The position numbers were made by a program, and so were the translations under genes. From positions 25,656 to 89,655 of the forward strand of contig JAOZRW010000001.1 in the NCBI GenBank assembly GCA_029939995.1: a stretch of 64,000 bases of DNA, in the 5' to 3' direction. This DNA is from Acidimicrobiia bacterium. GTDB lineage: Bacteria > Actinomycetota > Acidimicrobiia > Spongiisociales > UBA5794. The notes below the pieces were generated by a model. The model saw only the letters and a list, made by a program, of their open reading frames with translations. It did not search any database and had not been told where the DNA came from. Position 1 is the first letter of the stretch. Every line of letters starts with the position of its first letter. Shown piece after piece: positions 8,629-18,943 of this stretch.

Positions 8629-9408
8629 TCACGTTCCGATCGCGGCGCCGACGACGGGATGCCGGGTTCCGGTCAGTCGTTCGATCTGATCCTCGAACCG
8701 CCCGGTTCGTCCCGTGGTGATGTAGGTCGTCGATCCCGTGCCCTCTGCGTCCCGACCGTTCCGAACACGCTCGACCTGCCGTGCGACCGCCGGTGCGGGA
8801 TCGATGACGTGCACCCCGTCGCCGACGGCTTCGCGGATCCGGTCCGCGACGAACGAGTAGTGGGTGCATCCGAGGACGATCGTATCGGCCCCCTCGGCGA
8901 GAAGATCGGCCGAGTACCGGTCGATCAGATCACCGGGATCGGTCCCGTCTTCGATCGCCGCGGCCAGCCCCGGGCAGGCTCTCGGCACGACGACGACGCC
9001 GTTCGCGTGACGATCGACGACCGAGGCGAACAGGGCACCCTGGAAGGTGGCCTCCGTGGCGAGGACGCCGATCGTTCCCCGCCTGGTGGCGCCGACGGCC
9101 GGCTTCACCGCCGGTTCCATTCCTACGAACGGGATATCGGGGAATTGCTCCCGGAGCTCGTGAAGTGCGGCCGCCGAGGCGCTGTTGCACGCGACGACGA
9201 TGGTCGTCGCACCCACATCGAGGAGGTACGCCGTGATGGCGAACGCCCGCTCCCGGACCGAGGTCAGATCGCGCTCGCCGTACGGTGCGAACGCCTGATC
9301 GGCGACGTACACCAGGTCGGCCGCGGGGAGCCGCTCGCGCACTTCGCCGAGCACGCCGAGCCCTCCGACGCCCGAGTCGAAGATGCCGATCGAATCCGTG
9401 TTCACCAC
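8629..9408 (-). CDS. murI: glutamate racemase
   Basis: Motifs IGIFDSGVGGLGVL, VVACNSASA and LGCTHY are present. The GTG start overlaps the nitroreductase stop (GTGGTGA). The long N-terminal extension in the track is implausible. Confidence 0.9.
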   Translation of the reverse strand: MVNTDSIGIFDSGVGGLGVLGEVRERLPAADLVYVADQAFAPYGERDLTSVRERAFAITAYLLDVGATTIVVACNSASAAALHELREQFPDIPFVGMEPAVKPAVGATRRGTIGVLATEATFQGALFASVVDRHANGVVVVPRACPGLAAAIEDGTDPGDLIDRYSADLLAEGADTIVLGCTHYSFVADRIREAVGDGVHVIDPAPAVARQVERVRNGRDAEGTGSTTYITTGRTGRFEDQIERLTGTRHPVVGAAIGT

Positions 9409-9914
9409 GGTTCCCCGTGCCGGTTCCGGTACGCGACTTCGTCGAGCGGCTTGCGACCGCCGAATCGTCGCGGTTTGGCCCCGTCGTCCGGATATCCGAG
9501 AGCGATGGCGTACCGGCATCGCGCGCCGGCGGGCAGTTCCAGCACCTTCGCCGCGTCCTGCTCGCGATGCAGCGTGATCGGACATGAGGCGACACCGAGA
9601 GCGTCGGCGGCCAGCATCACGTTCTGTGCCAGCCGGCCGGTGTCGAATTCGTAGCCGTCCGGTTCCTGAACCAGCGCGAGTGCCATGGGTGCGTCACGGA
9701 TCGGATCGGTGAAGTCGCCGCACGCCGCGAGCCGTTCCTTCTGTTCGCCGTCGACGACGATGAACGACCAGTTCTGCCGGTTCTTGCTGCTCCCCGTCCA
9801 CCGGGCGGCCTCGAGGAGCCGTTCGATCACGGAATCCGGAAGCGGCTCGTCGCGGAACGAGCGGAGGGCGCGAAGACCGAGGATGGCGTCGTAGCGATCG
9901 TTGTCTGCAGTCAT
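9402..9914 (-). CDS. nitroreductase family protein
   Basis: Start at MTADNDRYDAILGLRALRSFRDEPLP. RWTGSSKNRQNWSFIVV is typical of the nitroreductase fold. The track extension MHRANPGLVGG is repeat-derived. Confidence 0.85.
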   Translation of the reverse strand: MTADNDRYDAILGLRALRSFRDEPLPDSVIERLLEAARWTGSSKNRQNWSFIVVDGEQKERLAACGDFTDPIRDAPMALALVQEPDGYEFDTGRLAQNVMLAADALGVASCPITLHREQDAAKVLELPAGARCRYAIALGYPDDGAKPRRFGGRKPLDEVAYRNRHGEPW

Positions 9915-9935
9915 GGAGCCAGCGTAGACCGCTAC

Positions 9936-9987
9936 GTTCTCTGGGCCGGAAACGCGGCTATGTCCGCCTACGAGCCCTGGGTTCGCA
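9936..9987 (+). repeat. 52-nt hairpin-forming intergenic element, copy 3
   Basis: gttctctgggccggaaacgcggctatgtccgcctacgagccctgggttcgca, 21 nt upstream of the nitroreductase ATG. Confidence 0.85.
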
Positions 9988-10000
9988 CGGTGCATGGGAA

Positions 10001-10026
10001 GAGGGACCGGGCGGACCCGGTCCCTC
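10001..10026 (-). terminator. GC-rich hairpin downstream of PLDc_N-SHOCT gene
   Basis: gagggaccggg-cgga-cccggtccctc: a perfect 11-bp stem with a 4-nt loop, just after the stop at 10051. Confidence 0.5.
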
Positions 10027-10050
10027 TCACCTTCAACGGCTTGTATCGGC

Positions 10051-10452
10051 TCAGCCGAGGAGTTTCGCCTTCTGAGCAGCGAACTCTTCGTCGGTCAGGA
10101 CGCCGGAGTCGTGGAGCTTGGCAAGCTTCTCCAACTCCTCTGCAGTGCCGCCACCGCCGGTGCCGGCGACCGACTTGATGTACTCCGCCTGGGCCGCCTG
10201 GGCCTCGGCAGCGGCCTTCATCGAGCGATGCTGCATGTCGCCACCGTGGACGATCAGATACACCAGGACGCCGAGCAGCGGCATGAAGACGATGAAGATC
10301 GTCCAACCGGCTTTCGCCCATCCCGAGATGTTGCTCCGGAAGATGTCGGAGAAGATCGAGATCAGGAGCCAGATCCAGATCACGAACAGGAAGAACATCA
10401 ACATCCACCAGAAGACGCTCAGGATCGGCCAGGAATCTGCAATAACGGGCAT
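10051..10452 (-). CDS. PLDc_N domain membrane protein with C-terminal SHOCT domain
   Basis: Two TM helices carry the motif FMPLLGVLVYLIVHG. The C-terminus LEKLAKLHDSGVLTDEEFAAQKAKLLG is a SHOCT signature. Confidence 0.8.
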   Translation of the reverse strand: MPVIADSWPILSVFWWMLMFFLFVIWIWLLISIFSDIFRSNISGWAKAGWTIFIVFMPLLGVLVYLIVHGGDMQHRSMKAAAEAQAAQAEYIKSVAGTGGGGTAEELEKLAKLHDSGVLTDEEFAAQKAKLLG

Positions 10453-10486
10453 AGGTCACCTTTCAACGGGTACGAAGCCGTCCAGA

Positions 10487-10505
10487 GCACTCCGGAGCGG
10501 AGTGC
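10487..10505. promoter_or_regulatory. CACTCC-N5-GGAGTG palindrome (second TetR-type site or fadE terminator)
   Basis: gcactcc-ggagc-ggagtgc. The 6-bp arms and 5-nt spacing are identical to the palindrome at 12453. Confidence 0.35.
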
Positions 10506-10560
10506 CCGAGACGACCGATTTCCCTATGAGAGTAGCGCCGAAACGCCGTCAATCTCAACC

Positions 10561-12363
10561 CTAGAAAGCCTCGGCCGGCAGGTTCATCAGGTCGCCGTCC
10601 TCCGTCTCCGCCAGTTCGCGGCGCAGTCGCGTCTTCGGGAGCACCGTCTTCGCGAAGTAGCGAGCCGAAGCGATCTTGCCCTCGTAGAAGGCCCGGTCCG
10701 CGTCACTCGCACCGTCGAGCGCTTCGAGCGCGACCTCGGCGTGGCGGATCATCAGCCAGCCCATGACGACTTCGGACAGGCTCTCGAGGAGCGTCGTGGT
10801 GTGCAACCCGGTCTTGTAGATCTCCGGCGGATTCTGCATCGCCGCCATCGAGTTCCCGACCATGGCGCCGACCTGCGCCTGGATGTCGGCCAACGCTGCG
10901 CCGAGCAGTTCGCGCTCGACGGCCATCTCCTCGGAACCGCCATTGACCGTCTCGAGGATGTCCTGGCCGAGGCGCATCAGCGTCGCACCCTGGTCCCTGG
11001 CGATCTTGCGGAAGAACAGGTCGAGGCCCTGGATCGCCGTCGTCCCTTCGTAGATCGTGTCGATCTTGGCGTCCCGGATGTACTGCTCGATCGGGTAGTC
11101 CCTGGTGTAGCCGGAGCCTCCGAACACCTGCAGCGACTGTGAGAGCAACTCGTACGCCTTCTCGGACGAGTAGCCCTTCACCAAGGGGAGGAACAGGTCG
11201 TTGAGCTTCGCCCAGTACTCGTCCTCCGGGTGCAGATGCGCCATGTCCAGCAGCCACGCGGCGTATATGACCATGGCCCGCATCCCCTCGGCGTGGACCT
11301 TCTGGATCATGAGGAGCCGCCGCACGTCGGGATGGTGGATGATCGTGACCCGGGGAGCGGTCTTGTCCCGGCTCTGCGTCAGGTCGGCGGACTGGACACG
11401 CTCCTGTGCGTACTCGAGCGCGTTGAGATAGCCGGTCGAGATCGTGGCGGCCGCTTTGACGCCGATCGACATGCGGGCGTCCTCGATGACGAGGAACATC
11501 TGACGGATGCCGTCGTGGACGTCGCCGACGAGGTAGCCGACGGCGGGCTCGTCCAGACCGAAGGTCAACTCGCAGGTCGTCGATCCGCGGATGCCCATCT
11601 TGTCCTCGAGGTTCGTCGTCACGACGCCGTTGCGCTTGCCGAGCGATCCGTCTTCGTTGACCATGAACTTCGGAACGATGAACATCGAGAGGCCCTTCGT
11701 TCCGGGGGGAGCGTCGGGGCGGCGTGCGAGAACGAGGTGGATGATGTTCTCGTAGTAATCGTTGTCGCCCGAGGTGATGAACCGCTTCACGCCCTCGATG
11801 TGCCACACGTCGCCCTCGACGTGTGTCGCCTTCGTGATCCCGGCGCCCACATCCGAACCGGCGTCCGGCTCGGTGAGCACCATGGTGGATCCCCAGTTCC
11901 GCTCCACCATCGGCTTCGCGAAGCGCTCGATCTGCTCGGGCGTCCCGACCGCTTCGATGACCCTGGCCATCAACCCGCCGATCGGATAGAGGAAGATCGC
12001 GGCGTTCGCACCGGCGAACAGCTCACCCGTCGCCCATCGGAGCGTCTCGGGTGCCCCGAACCCTCCGAGACTCTTGGGCACACCGATGAGGTGCCAGCCG
12101 CCGTCGTGCATCGCGTCGAGGCTCTTCTTGACGCCGGGCGGCAGCTCGACGTTCCCGTCGACGAGTTTGAGCTTGGTGCGGTCGGCCTCGACGAAGCTCT
12201 CGGCGAAGTCCTCGGTGGCGAGACGATCGACCTCGCGCAGGATGTCCATCGCCGTGTCGTGGTCGATGTCTTCGAACGGCTCGGTTCCGAGGTACTCGTC
12301 GATCCCGTACGCTTCGAACAGGTTGAACTGCAGATCTCGGAGGTTGCTCTTGTAGTGGCTCAT
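10561..12363 (-). CDS. long-type acyl-CoA dehydrogenase (FadE5-like, with extra N- and C-terminal domains)
   Basis: Start at MSHYKSNLRDLQFNLFEAYG. Motifs MVLTEPDAGSD, ITSGDND, GGSGYTRDYPIEQYIRDAKIDTIYEGTTAIQ are present. About 600 aa. Confidence 0.9.
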   Translation of the reverse strand: MSHYKSNLRDLQFNLFEAYGIDEYLGTEPFEDIDHDTAMDILREVDRLATEDFAESFVEADRTKLKLVDGNVELPPGVKKSLDAMHDGGWHLIGVPKSLGGFGAPETLRWATGELFAGANAAIFLYPIGGLMARVIEAVGTPEQIERFAKPMVERNWGSTMVLTEPDAGSDVGAGITKATHVEGDVWHIEGVKRFITSGDNDYYENIIHLVLARRPDAPPGTKGLSMFIVPKFMVNEDGSLGKRNGVVTTNLEDKMGIRGSTTCELTFGLDEPAVGYLVGDVHDGIRQMFLVIEDARMSIGVKAAATISTGYLNALEYAQERVQSADLTQSRDKTAPRVTIIHHPDVRRLLMIQKVHAEGMRAMVIYAAWLLDMAHLHPEDEYWAKLNDLFLPLVKGYSSEKAYELLSQSLQVFGGSGYTRDYPIEQYIRDAKIDTIYEGTTAIQGLDLFFRKIARDQGATLMRLGQDILETVNGGSEEMAVERELLGAALADIQAQVGAMVGNSMAAMQNPPEIYKTGLHTTTLLESLSEVVMGWLMIRHAEVALEALDGASDADRAFYEGKIASARYFAKTVLPKTRLRRELAETEDGDLMNLPAEAF

Positions 12364-12452
12364 CGATCGCTCCCGGGTTGTCGTCGCCGTCGTGACTCTG
12401 GTGACGAACGAATCCGGGGAACGAACCGCCGGCCGTTCGACTTTTTGAGTAT

Positions 12453-12471
12453 ACACTCCATTTTGGAGTGT
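12453..12471. promoter_or_regulatory. candidate TetR operator in fadE/tetR divergent region
   Basis: Perfect inverted repeat acactcc-atttt-ggagtgt in an AT-richer stretch between the divergent genes. Confidence 0.5.
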
Positions 12472-12514
12472 CCGCTCAAGATCGGGGTATGCTCGATCCG
12501 GAGGAGGCCCGGGA

Positions 12515-13069
12515 TTGGCCAGGTATCAAGTCGGTATCAGAACTCAGAGCAAGATCCTCGAGGCGACGCGTGAGCTGCTCGCCGAAGGCGGGCTCGATGC
12601 TGCGACCCTCAAGGCGATCTGCGAGCGCGCGGGCGTGCAGGCCGGTTCGTTCTACAACATCTTCCCCTCGAAGGAACAGGCCGTCATGCAGGTCGCCGGG
12701 GAGGCGATCCAGGCCGTCGATCCCGATCCCGAGCTGTCCGGCACCGAGACCCTCAACGACCTCGTGGACGCCTACATCCGGTTCGTCGTCGAGCAGCCCG
12801 ACCTGGCGCGCGTGTACCTCCAGGTCGCGGTCACCGTCGGCAACGACGACTCGGTGACCCGCCGGTTCCTCCGGCACCACGTTCGACGGGTGGAGCGGTT
12901 CGCACAGGCGATGCTGCGCGAGTCGCTCGTCGCCACGCAGGCAGAGGCGGTCACGAAGGCGGAGGTCCTCCTGGGCGCACTAGACGGCCTCGCGTTCCGC
13001 TGGGTCCTCGACCGTTCGTTCGACTTCACGAAGCACGCCCGGTACGCCGTCGCCCAGTGCGGCCGCTAG
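12515..13069 (+). CDS. TetR family transcriptional regulator
   Basis: TTG start 6 nt after GGAGGAGG. HTH region ILEATRELLAEGGLDAATLKAICERAGVQAGSFYNIFPSKEQ. Confidence 0.9.
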   Translation: MARYQVGIRTQSKILEATRELLAEGGLDAATLKAICERAGVQAGSFYNIFPSKEQAVMQVAGEAIQAVDPDPELSGTETLNDLVDAYIRFVVEQPDLARVYLQVAVTVGNDDSVTRRFLRHHVRRVERFAQAMLRESLVATQAEAVTKAEVLLGALDGLAFRWVLDRSFDFTKHARYAVAQCGR

Positions 13070-13155
13070 AACTCGACGGTCGCTTCGCCTGAGGCCCCTG
13101 CAGCCGACCCTCCGACCGTACCATCGGCGTGAGAGACCGAGAGGAGCAGGGTTCC

Positions 13156-13365
13156 GTGGAGTTCGCGATTCAAACACATGGCCGTTACGAGGACGTTCTC
13201 GAAGTGGCGCGGTTCTCCGAACGACGCGGCCTTCCGGCCATCGCCCTCCCCGACCACTACCTGATGGCGCTCGACGAGGAGGCGGCCGGTGTCACCCGCT
13301 TCTACATCCAGGGCGGGTACGACCCGGACCGCACGCCGGAGCTCCTCGATGCCATCGACGTCTGA
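13156..13365 (+). pseudogene. possible 5' remnant of an LLM-class (luciferase-like, F420-type) oxidoreductase gene
   Basis: GTG after GAGAGGAG. VEFAIQTHGRYEDVLEVARFSERRGLPAIALPDHYL resembles LLM N-termini, but the ORF stops after about 69 codons. No continuation is visible in other frames. Confidence 0.35.
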
Positions 13366-13396
13366 AACGGGTAGCGTTGTAGGCGTGAACGACACG

Positions 13397-14254
13397 ATGA
13401 TCGACATCGGTGGTCCGGTTCGGATCACGGACTTCGGCGGTGACGGCCCGCTCATCCTCCTCGTCCACGGCATCGGCGGCTCGACGGAGAACTGGGCGGT
13501 CGCGGGTCCGGCGCTCACTCCTCTCGGGCATGTCGTTGCGCTCGACCTCATCGGCTTCGGAGAATCCGAGCCGCGCGGCCGTCGTGCCAGCGTCGAGGAC
13601 AACGCTCTCCTTCTCGCCGAAGTGACCCACCTGCTCGGCTACGCGACTGCGACGCTGGTCGGGAACTCGATGGGCGGGCTGATCTCCATGATCGCAGCCG
13701 TCGAGCACGCCGATCGTGTCGACCGGATCGTTCTCGTGAATCCTGCGCTCCCCGTCAGCCGGCGCCATCCGCCGGACCTCGAAGTCCTGACGAAGCTGCT
13801 CGGCCCGCTCATTCCCGGGCTCGGTGTGCCGGCGTTCAAGGCCTACCGTGCCTCCCACTCGCCCGAGGAGGAGACCGCCGAGACGCTCCGGATGGTCACG
13901 GCCGACCCGGATACGGTCCCCGCGTGGGTCAAGGACGAACTCACGGAGGCCAACCGGCGACGGCGCGACAAGGAGTGGGCGATCCCTGCGTTCCTCGAGG
14001 CCGATCGATCGATCGCTCGCTACGTGATGCGTCCGCAACGGTTCAGGAAGCTGATCCACCGGATCGGCGCCCCGACCCTCTTGATCCACGGATCGGAAGA
14101 TCGTCTCGTATCTGTGGACTCGGCGCGGTGGGTGGCATCCGAACGCCCCTGCTGGACGTTCGCGGAGATGGAAGGCGTGGGGCACGTGCCCATGCTGGAG
14201 GCGCCGGAACCGTTCGTGTCGACCGTCGCCGGGTGGCTCGAAGACGCCCGATGA
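13397..14254 (+). CDS. alpha/beta hydrolase
   Basis: MIDIGGPVRITDFGGDGPLILLVHGIGGS and the nucleophile elbow GNSMGG are present. The start could be GTG 13385. Confidence 0.85.
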   Translation: MIDIGGPVRITDFGGDGPLILLVHGIGGSTENWAVAGPALTPLGHVVALDLIGFGESEPRGRRASVEDNALLLAEVTHLLGYATATLVGNSMGGLISMIAAVEHADRVDRIVLVNPALPVSRRHPPDLEVLTKLLGPLIPGLGVPAFKAYRASHSPEEETAETLRMVTADPDTVPAWVKDELTEANRRRRDKEWAIPAFLEADRSIARYVMRPQRFRKLIHRIGAPTLLIHGSEDRLVSVDSARWVASERPCWTFAEMEGVGHVPMLEAPEPFVSTVAGWLEDAR

Positions 14255-14266
14255 CACGGGCGGTGC

Positions 14267-14680
14267 CTACTGCTCGACGGGGAAGCCCTGCTCGTACCAG
14301 TTGACGATGCCGCCGTCGATCTCGTAGACCTCGGTGAATCCCAGGCTCTTCATCGTCTTGACGGCGTCGGACGAGCGATTCCCGGTTCGGCAGTAGAGCA
14401 CGTAGGGAACGTCCTTGTCCAGACGGTCGAGTTGATCGGCGAAGTCGGAGGCGTAGTAGTCGACCATGATCGCATCTGCGAGACGGGCTTCGGCGAACTC
14501 CTCCGGGGTCCGGATGTCGAGCACCACGAGGCCGTCGGGCTGCTCTGCGATCACCTCGGCGGCTTTCGCCGGCGAGACCAGTTCGATGACCTGTGTGGCG
14601 CTCCCGGACGAACACGCCGCCGCGAACACCGATATGGCCGCCACGAGGGCGAGCAGGGTTCCCGTCAATCCACGTCTCAC
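14267..14680 (-). CDS. rhodanese-domain lipoprotein (sulfurtransferase-like)
   Basis: Lipobox VFAAAC. Rhodanese core VLDIRTPEEFAEARL..YVLYCRTGNRSSDA with active-site loop CRTGNRS. Confidence 0.85.
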   Translation of the reverse strand: MRRGLTGTLLALVAAISVFAAACSSGSATQVIELVSPAKAAEVIAEQPDGLVVLDIRTPEEFAEARLADAIMVDYYASDFADQLDRLDKDVPYVLYCRTGNRSSDAVKTMKSLGFTEVYEIDGGIVNWYEQGFPVEQ

Positions 14681-14694
14681 GTTGGTCCCTCTCG

Positions 14695-14964
14695 TCAGGT
14701 CAGCTGCATGAACAGCTTCTCGAGCCGTTCCTGGTCGTAGCCCTCATGGGCGGCCTGCTCGGGGTCTAGAGCACACATCGCCATCGTCGCGGCGAAGAAC
14801 TTGTAGCCGGCCTGCTCGAGCGCACTCATCGAGGCCGAGAACTGCGTGATCACGTCGGAGCAATCGCGTCCGTCCTCGAGCATCCCCTGGATGCCGCGGA
14901 TCTGGCCCTCGACGCGGCGGAGCCTCGTGAGGATGTCGTGTGCGTCGTTCTCCTGGAGCCGCAT
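14695..14964 (-). CDS. CsoR/RcnR family metal- or persulfide-sensing repressor (CstR-like C-x-C signature)
   Basis: 89 aa. DUF156-type [17 protein letters not shown]. Cys35 and Cys64 are present, but Thr60 sits where copper-sensing CsoR has His. Confidence 0.85.
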   Translation of the reverse strand: MRLQENDAHDILTRLRRVEGQIRGIQGMLEDGRDCSDVITQFSASMSALEQAGYKFFAATMAMCALDPEQAAHEGYDQERLEKLFMQLT

Positions 14965-14974
14965 GGGGCAAGAA

Positions 14975-14993
14975 TATACCCCCGAGGGGTATA
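14975..14993. promoter_or_regulatory. candidate CsoR/CstR operator
   Basis: tatacccc-cga-ggggtata: 8-bp perfect arms, 11 nt upstream of the repressor ATG. Confidence 0.55.
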
Positions 14994-15029
14994 CGGCGAC
15001 GGATCGCCGGGTTTCGCGCGAAATTAGGA

Positions 15030-15059
15030 ATTGATATGAGTCAACTCAAGTTATAGTGT
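15030..15059 (+). promoter_or_regulatory. candidate dnaK promoter with HAIR-like HspR operator
   Basis: AT-rich island: TTGATA (15031) - 17 nt - TAGTGT (15054). The embedded attgata-N7-ACTCAAG resembles HAIR CTTGAGT-N7-ACTCAAG with a degenerate left arm. Inner palindrome TGAGTcaACTCA. Confidence 0.45.
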
Positions 15060-15093
15060 ATATACCGACTCAGCTACGAAGGAGCATGAACGC

Positions 15094-16915
<1,822 letters not shown>

Positions 16916-16929
<14 letters not shown>

Positions 16930-17524
16930 TTCCACACCGGAAGTCACCGGCGATACTGAGGCCGTACCCGTCGAGGATCTCGCGATCCTCGACGGGGAGG
17001 CCGGGCCGACGGCACATGATCTCGGGCTGGAACTTCCCGACGATCCGGACGAGGCCATCGCTCTCCTTCTTCGGGAGTTGAGCGAAGCCCGCCAGGAGGC
17101 CGGGGAGCATCTCGAGATGCTCCAGCGCGTCGCCGCCGACTTCGACAACTTCCGCAGGAGGGTCGAGCGCGATCAGATCGAGAACGTGGAACGGGCATCC
17201 CAACGCGTGATCGAACGGCTCCTGCCGACACTCGACGCGTTCGACGCCGCCCTCAGCTTCGAACCGCAGAGCCCGTCCGAAGAGAAGATCAGAGAGGGCA
17301 TGGAGTCCACGCGAGCCCAGTTGCTCGAGGCACTCGAGCGAGAGGGTTTCGAACCGATCCCGGCGGTCGGACGGCCCTTCGATCCGAAGGTCCACGAGGC
17401 GGTCTCCGGACCCGGAGAGGGCGCCGGCGACGGCGACCTCATGGTCGGCGCGGAGCTGCGCCGCGGATACGTCATGCACGGCCGGGTGATCCGCCCGAGC
17501 CTCGTCACGGTTGAACATGCGTAA
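16916..17524 (+). CDS. grpE: nucleotide exchange factor GrpE
   Basis: [39 protein letters not shown]. It overlaps the dnaK end. Confidence 0.95.
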
Positions 17525-18446
17525 GGAATGGTTGGAGAAGGACTACTACGCCACGCTCGGCGTTTCCAAGGACGCCTCCGAGAAGGAGATCAAGAAGGCG
17601 TTCCGCAAGCTCGCGCGCGAGTTCCATCCCGACAACAACCCGAACGACGCCGTCGCCGAGGCACGCTTCAAGGAGCTCAACGAGGCGTACGAGACGCTCT
17701 CCGATCCTGAGGAGCGCAAGGAGTACGACCACGTACGCGAAGTCGGATACTTCGTCGGCGACCCGGGGGGACATCAACAGTACGTACGGGTCGAGGATCT
17801 CTTCGGCGGCGCCGGCGGAGCAGGACCCGCCACCGGCGGATTCCAGGATCTCTTCGGCGGACTCGGCGACCTGTTCGGCCAGGGCGCCCGCCGTCAGCAG
17901 CCACGGCCGCGGGCCGGGAGGGATCTCCAGACCGACCTGTCGCTCACGTTCCACGAGGCCCTCGCGGGGGTGACCAAGACCGTCAACGTCAACGGCCGGA
18001 AGGTCAAGGTGAAGGTGCCGCAGGGCATCACCGACGGAGCGAAGGTCAGGGTCGCCGGGAAGGGAGAACCGGGGGCCAACGGCGGTCCGCCGGGTGACCT
18101 CTACGCACGGATCCACGTTGCCCCCCATCCGATCTTCGGACGCTCGGGGAAGCGCGACCTGACGCTCACGGTCCCCGTCACGTTCACCGAGGCTGCCCTC
18201 GGAGCCGTGATCGAGGTGCCGACACTCGACGGGACCACGAAGATCCGCATCCCTGCGGGCACTCAGAGCGGCACGACGATGCGCGTCCGGGGGAAGGGCG
18301 TCACGACGTCGAAGGGGACCGGTGATCTGCTCGTGACGATCCAGGTGACCGTGCCGAAGGATCTCTCGCCGGAGCAGCGCAAGGCGCTCGAAGACTTCAA
18401 GAAGACACGTCCCGACGACAACCCACGCGAACACCTGGGGGTATGA
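17517..18446 (+). CDS. dnaJ: J-domain co-chaperone lacking the zinc-finger domain (CbpA/class II DnaJ-like)
   Basis: The J domain DYYATLGVSKDASEKEIKKAFRKLAREFHPDNNP, a G/F region and C-terminal beta domains are present. There is no CxxCxGxG repeat and no Cys at all. Confidence 0.9.
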   Translation: MRKEWLEKDYYATLGVSKDASEKEIKKAFRKLAREFHPDNNPNDAVAEARFKELNEAYETLSDPEERKEYDHVREVGYFVGDPGGHQQYVRVEDLFGGAGGAGPATGGFQDLFGGLGDLFGQGARRQQPRPRAGRDLQTDLSLTFHEALAGVTKTVNVNGRKVKVKVPQGITDGAKVRVAGKGEPGANGGPPGDLYARIHVAPHPIFGRSGKRDLTLTVPVTFTEAALGAVIEVPTLDGTTKIRIPAGTQSGTTMRVRGKGVTTSKGTGDLLVTIQVTVPKDLSPEQRKALEDFKKTRPDDNPREHLGV

Positions 18447-18447
18447 A

Positions 18448-18846
18448 TTGAACAGGCAGAACGACGCCGTCTACATCATCTCCGTTGCAGCCGAGAAGTC
18501 GGGGATGCATCCTCAGACGCTGAGGATCTACGAACGCCGTGGCCTCATCGAGCCGTACCGAACCCCGGGCGGAACTCGCCGCTACTCCGAAGCCGACATC
18601 GAGCGCCTCCTCATGATCCAGGAGTTGACGACGAGCGGTGTCAACCTCGAGGGGGTACGCCGCATCCTGGCCCTCGAGAGCGAGAACCGCCGGCTCCGCA
18701 ACCAGGTGAACCGGCTTCGCCGCCTCCTCGAGGAGTCCGATGCACGGTTCACCGGCGGACGCGATCGGCGCACGATCTTCAACGTCGGAGTCGTGACCCG
18801 GAGGAACCTCCCCGACATCCGGCGGCCCAAGCCCTTCGGCTCGTAG
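18448..18846 (+). CDS. hspR: MerR-family heat shock repressor HspR
   Basis: YIISVAAEKSGMHPQTLRIYERRGLIEPYRTPGGTRRYSEADIERL. TTG start. Last gene of the dnaK operon. Confidence 0.9.
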   Translation: MNRQNDAVYIISVAAEKSGMHPQTLRIYERRGLIEPYRTPGGTRRYSEADIERLLMIQELTTSGVNLEGVRRILALESENRRLRNQVNRLRRLLEESDARFTGGRDRRTIFNVGVVTRRNLPDIRRPKPFGS

Positions 18847-18883
18847 ACGCTCGACATCCCGGGCTCAGATCGACCAGAGGAAC

Positions 18884-18905
18884 GGGACGGCCGGCCGGCC
18901 GTCCC
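18884..18905 (+). terminator. GC hairpin after hspR
   Basis: gggacggcc-ggcc-ggccgtccc perfect palindrome. Confidence 0.5.
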
Positions 18906-18943
18906 GCGCGGCGGGTAGTCTCGACGTCGATCAGGAGGATGTC

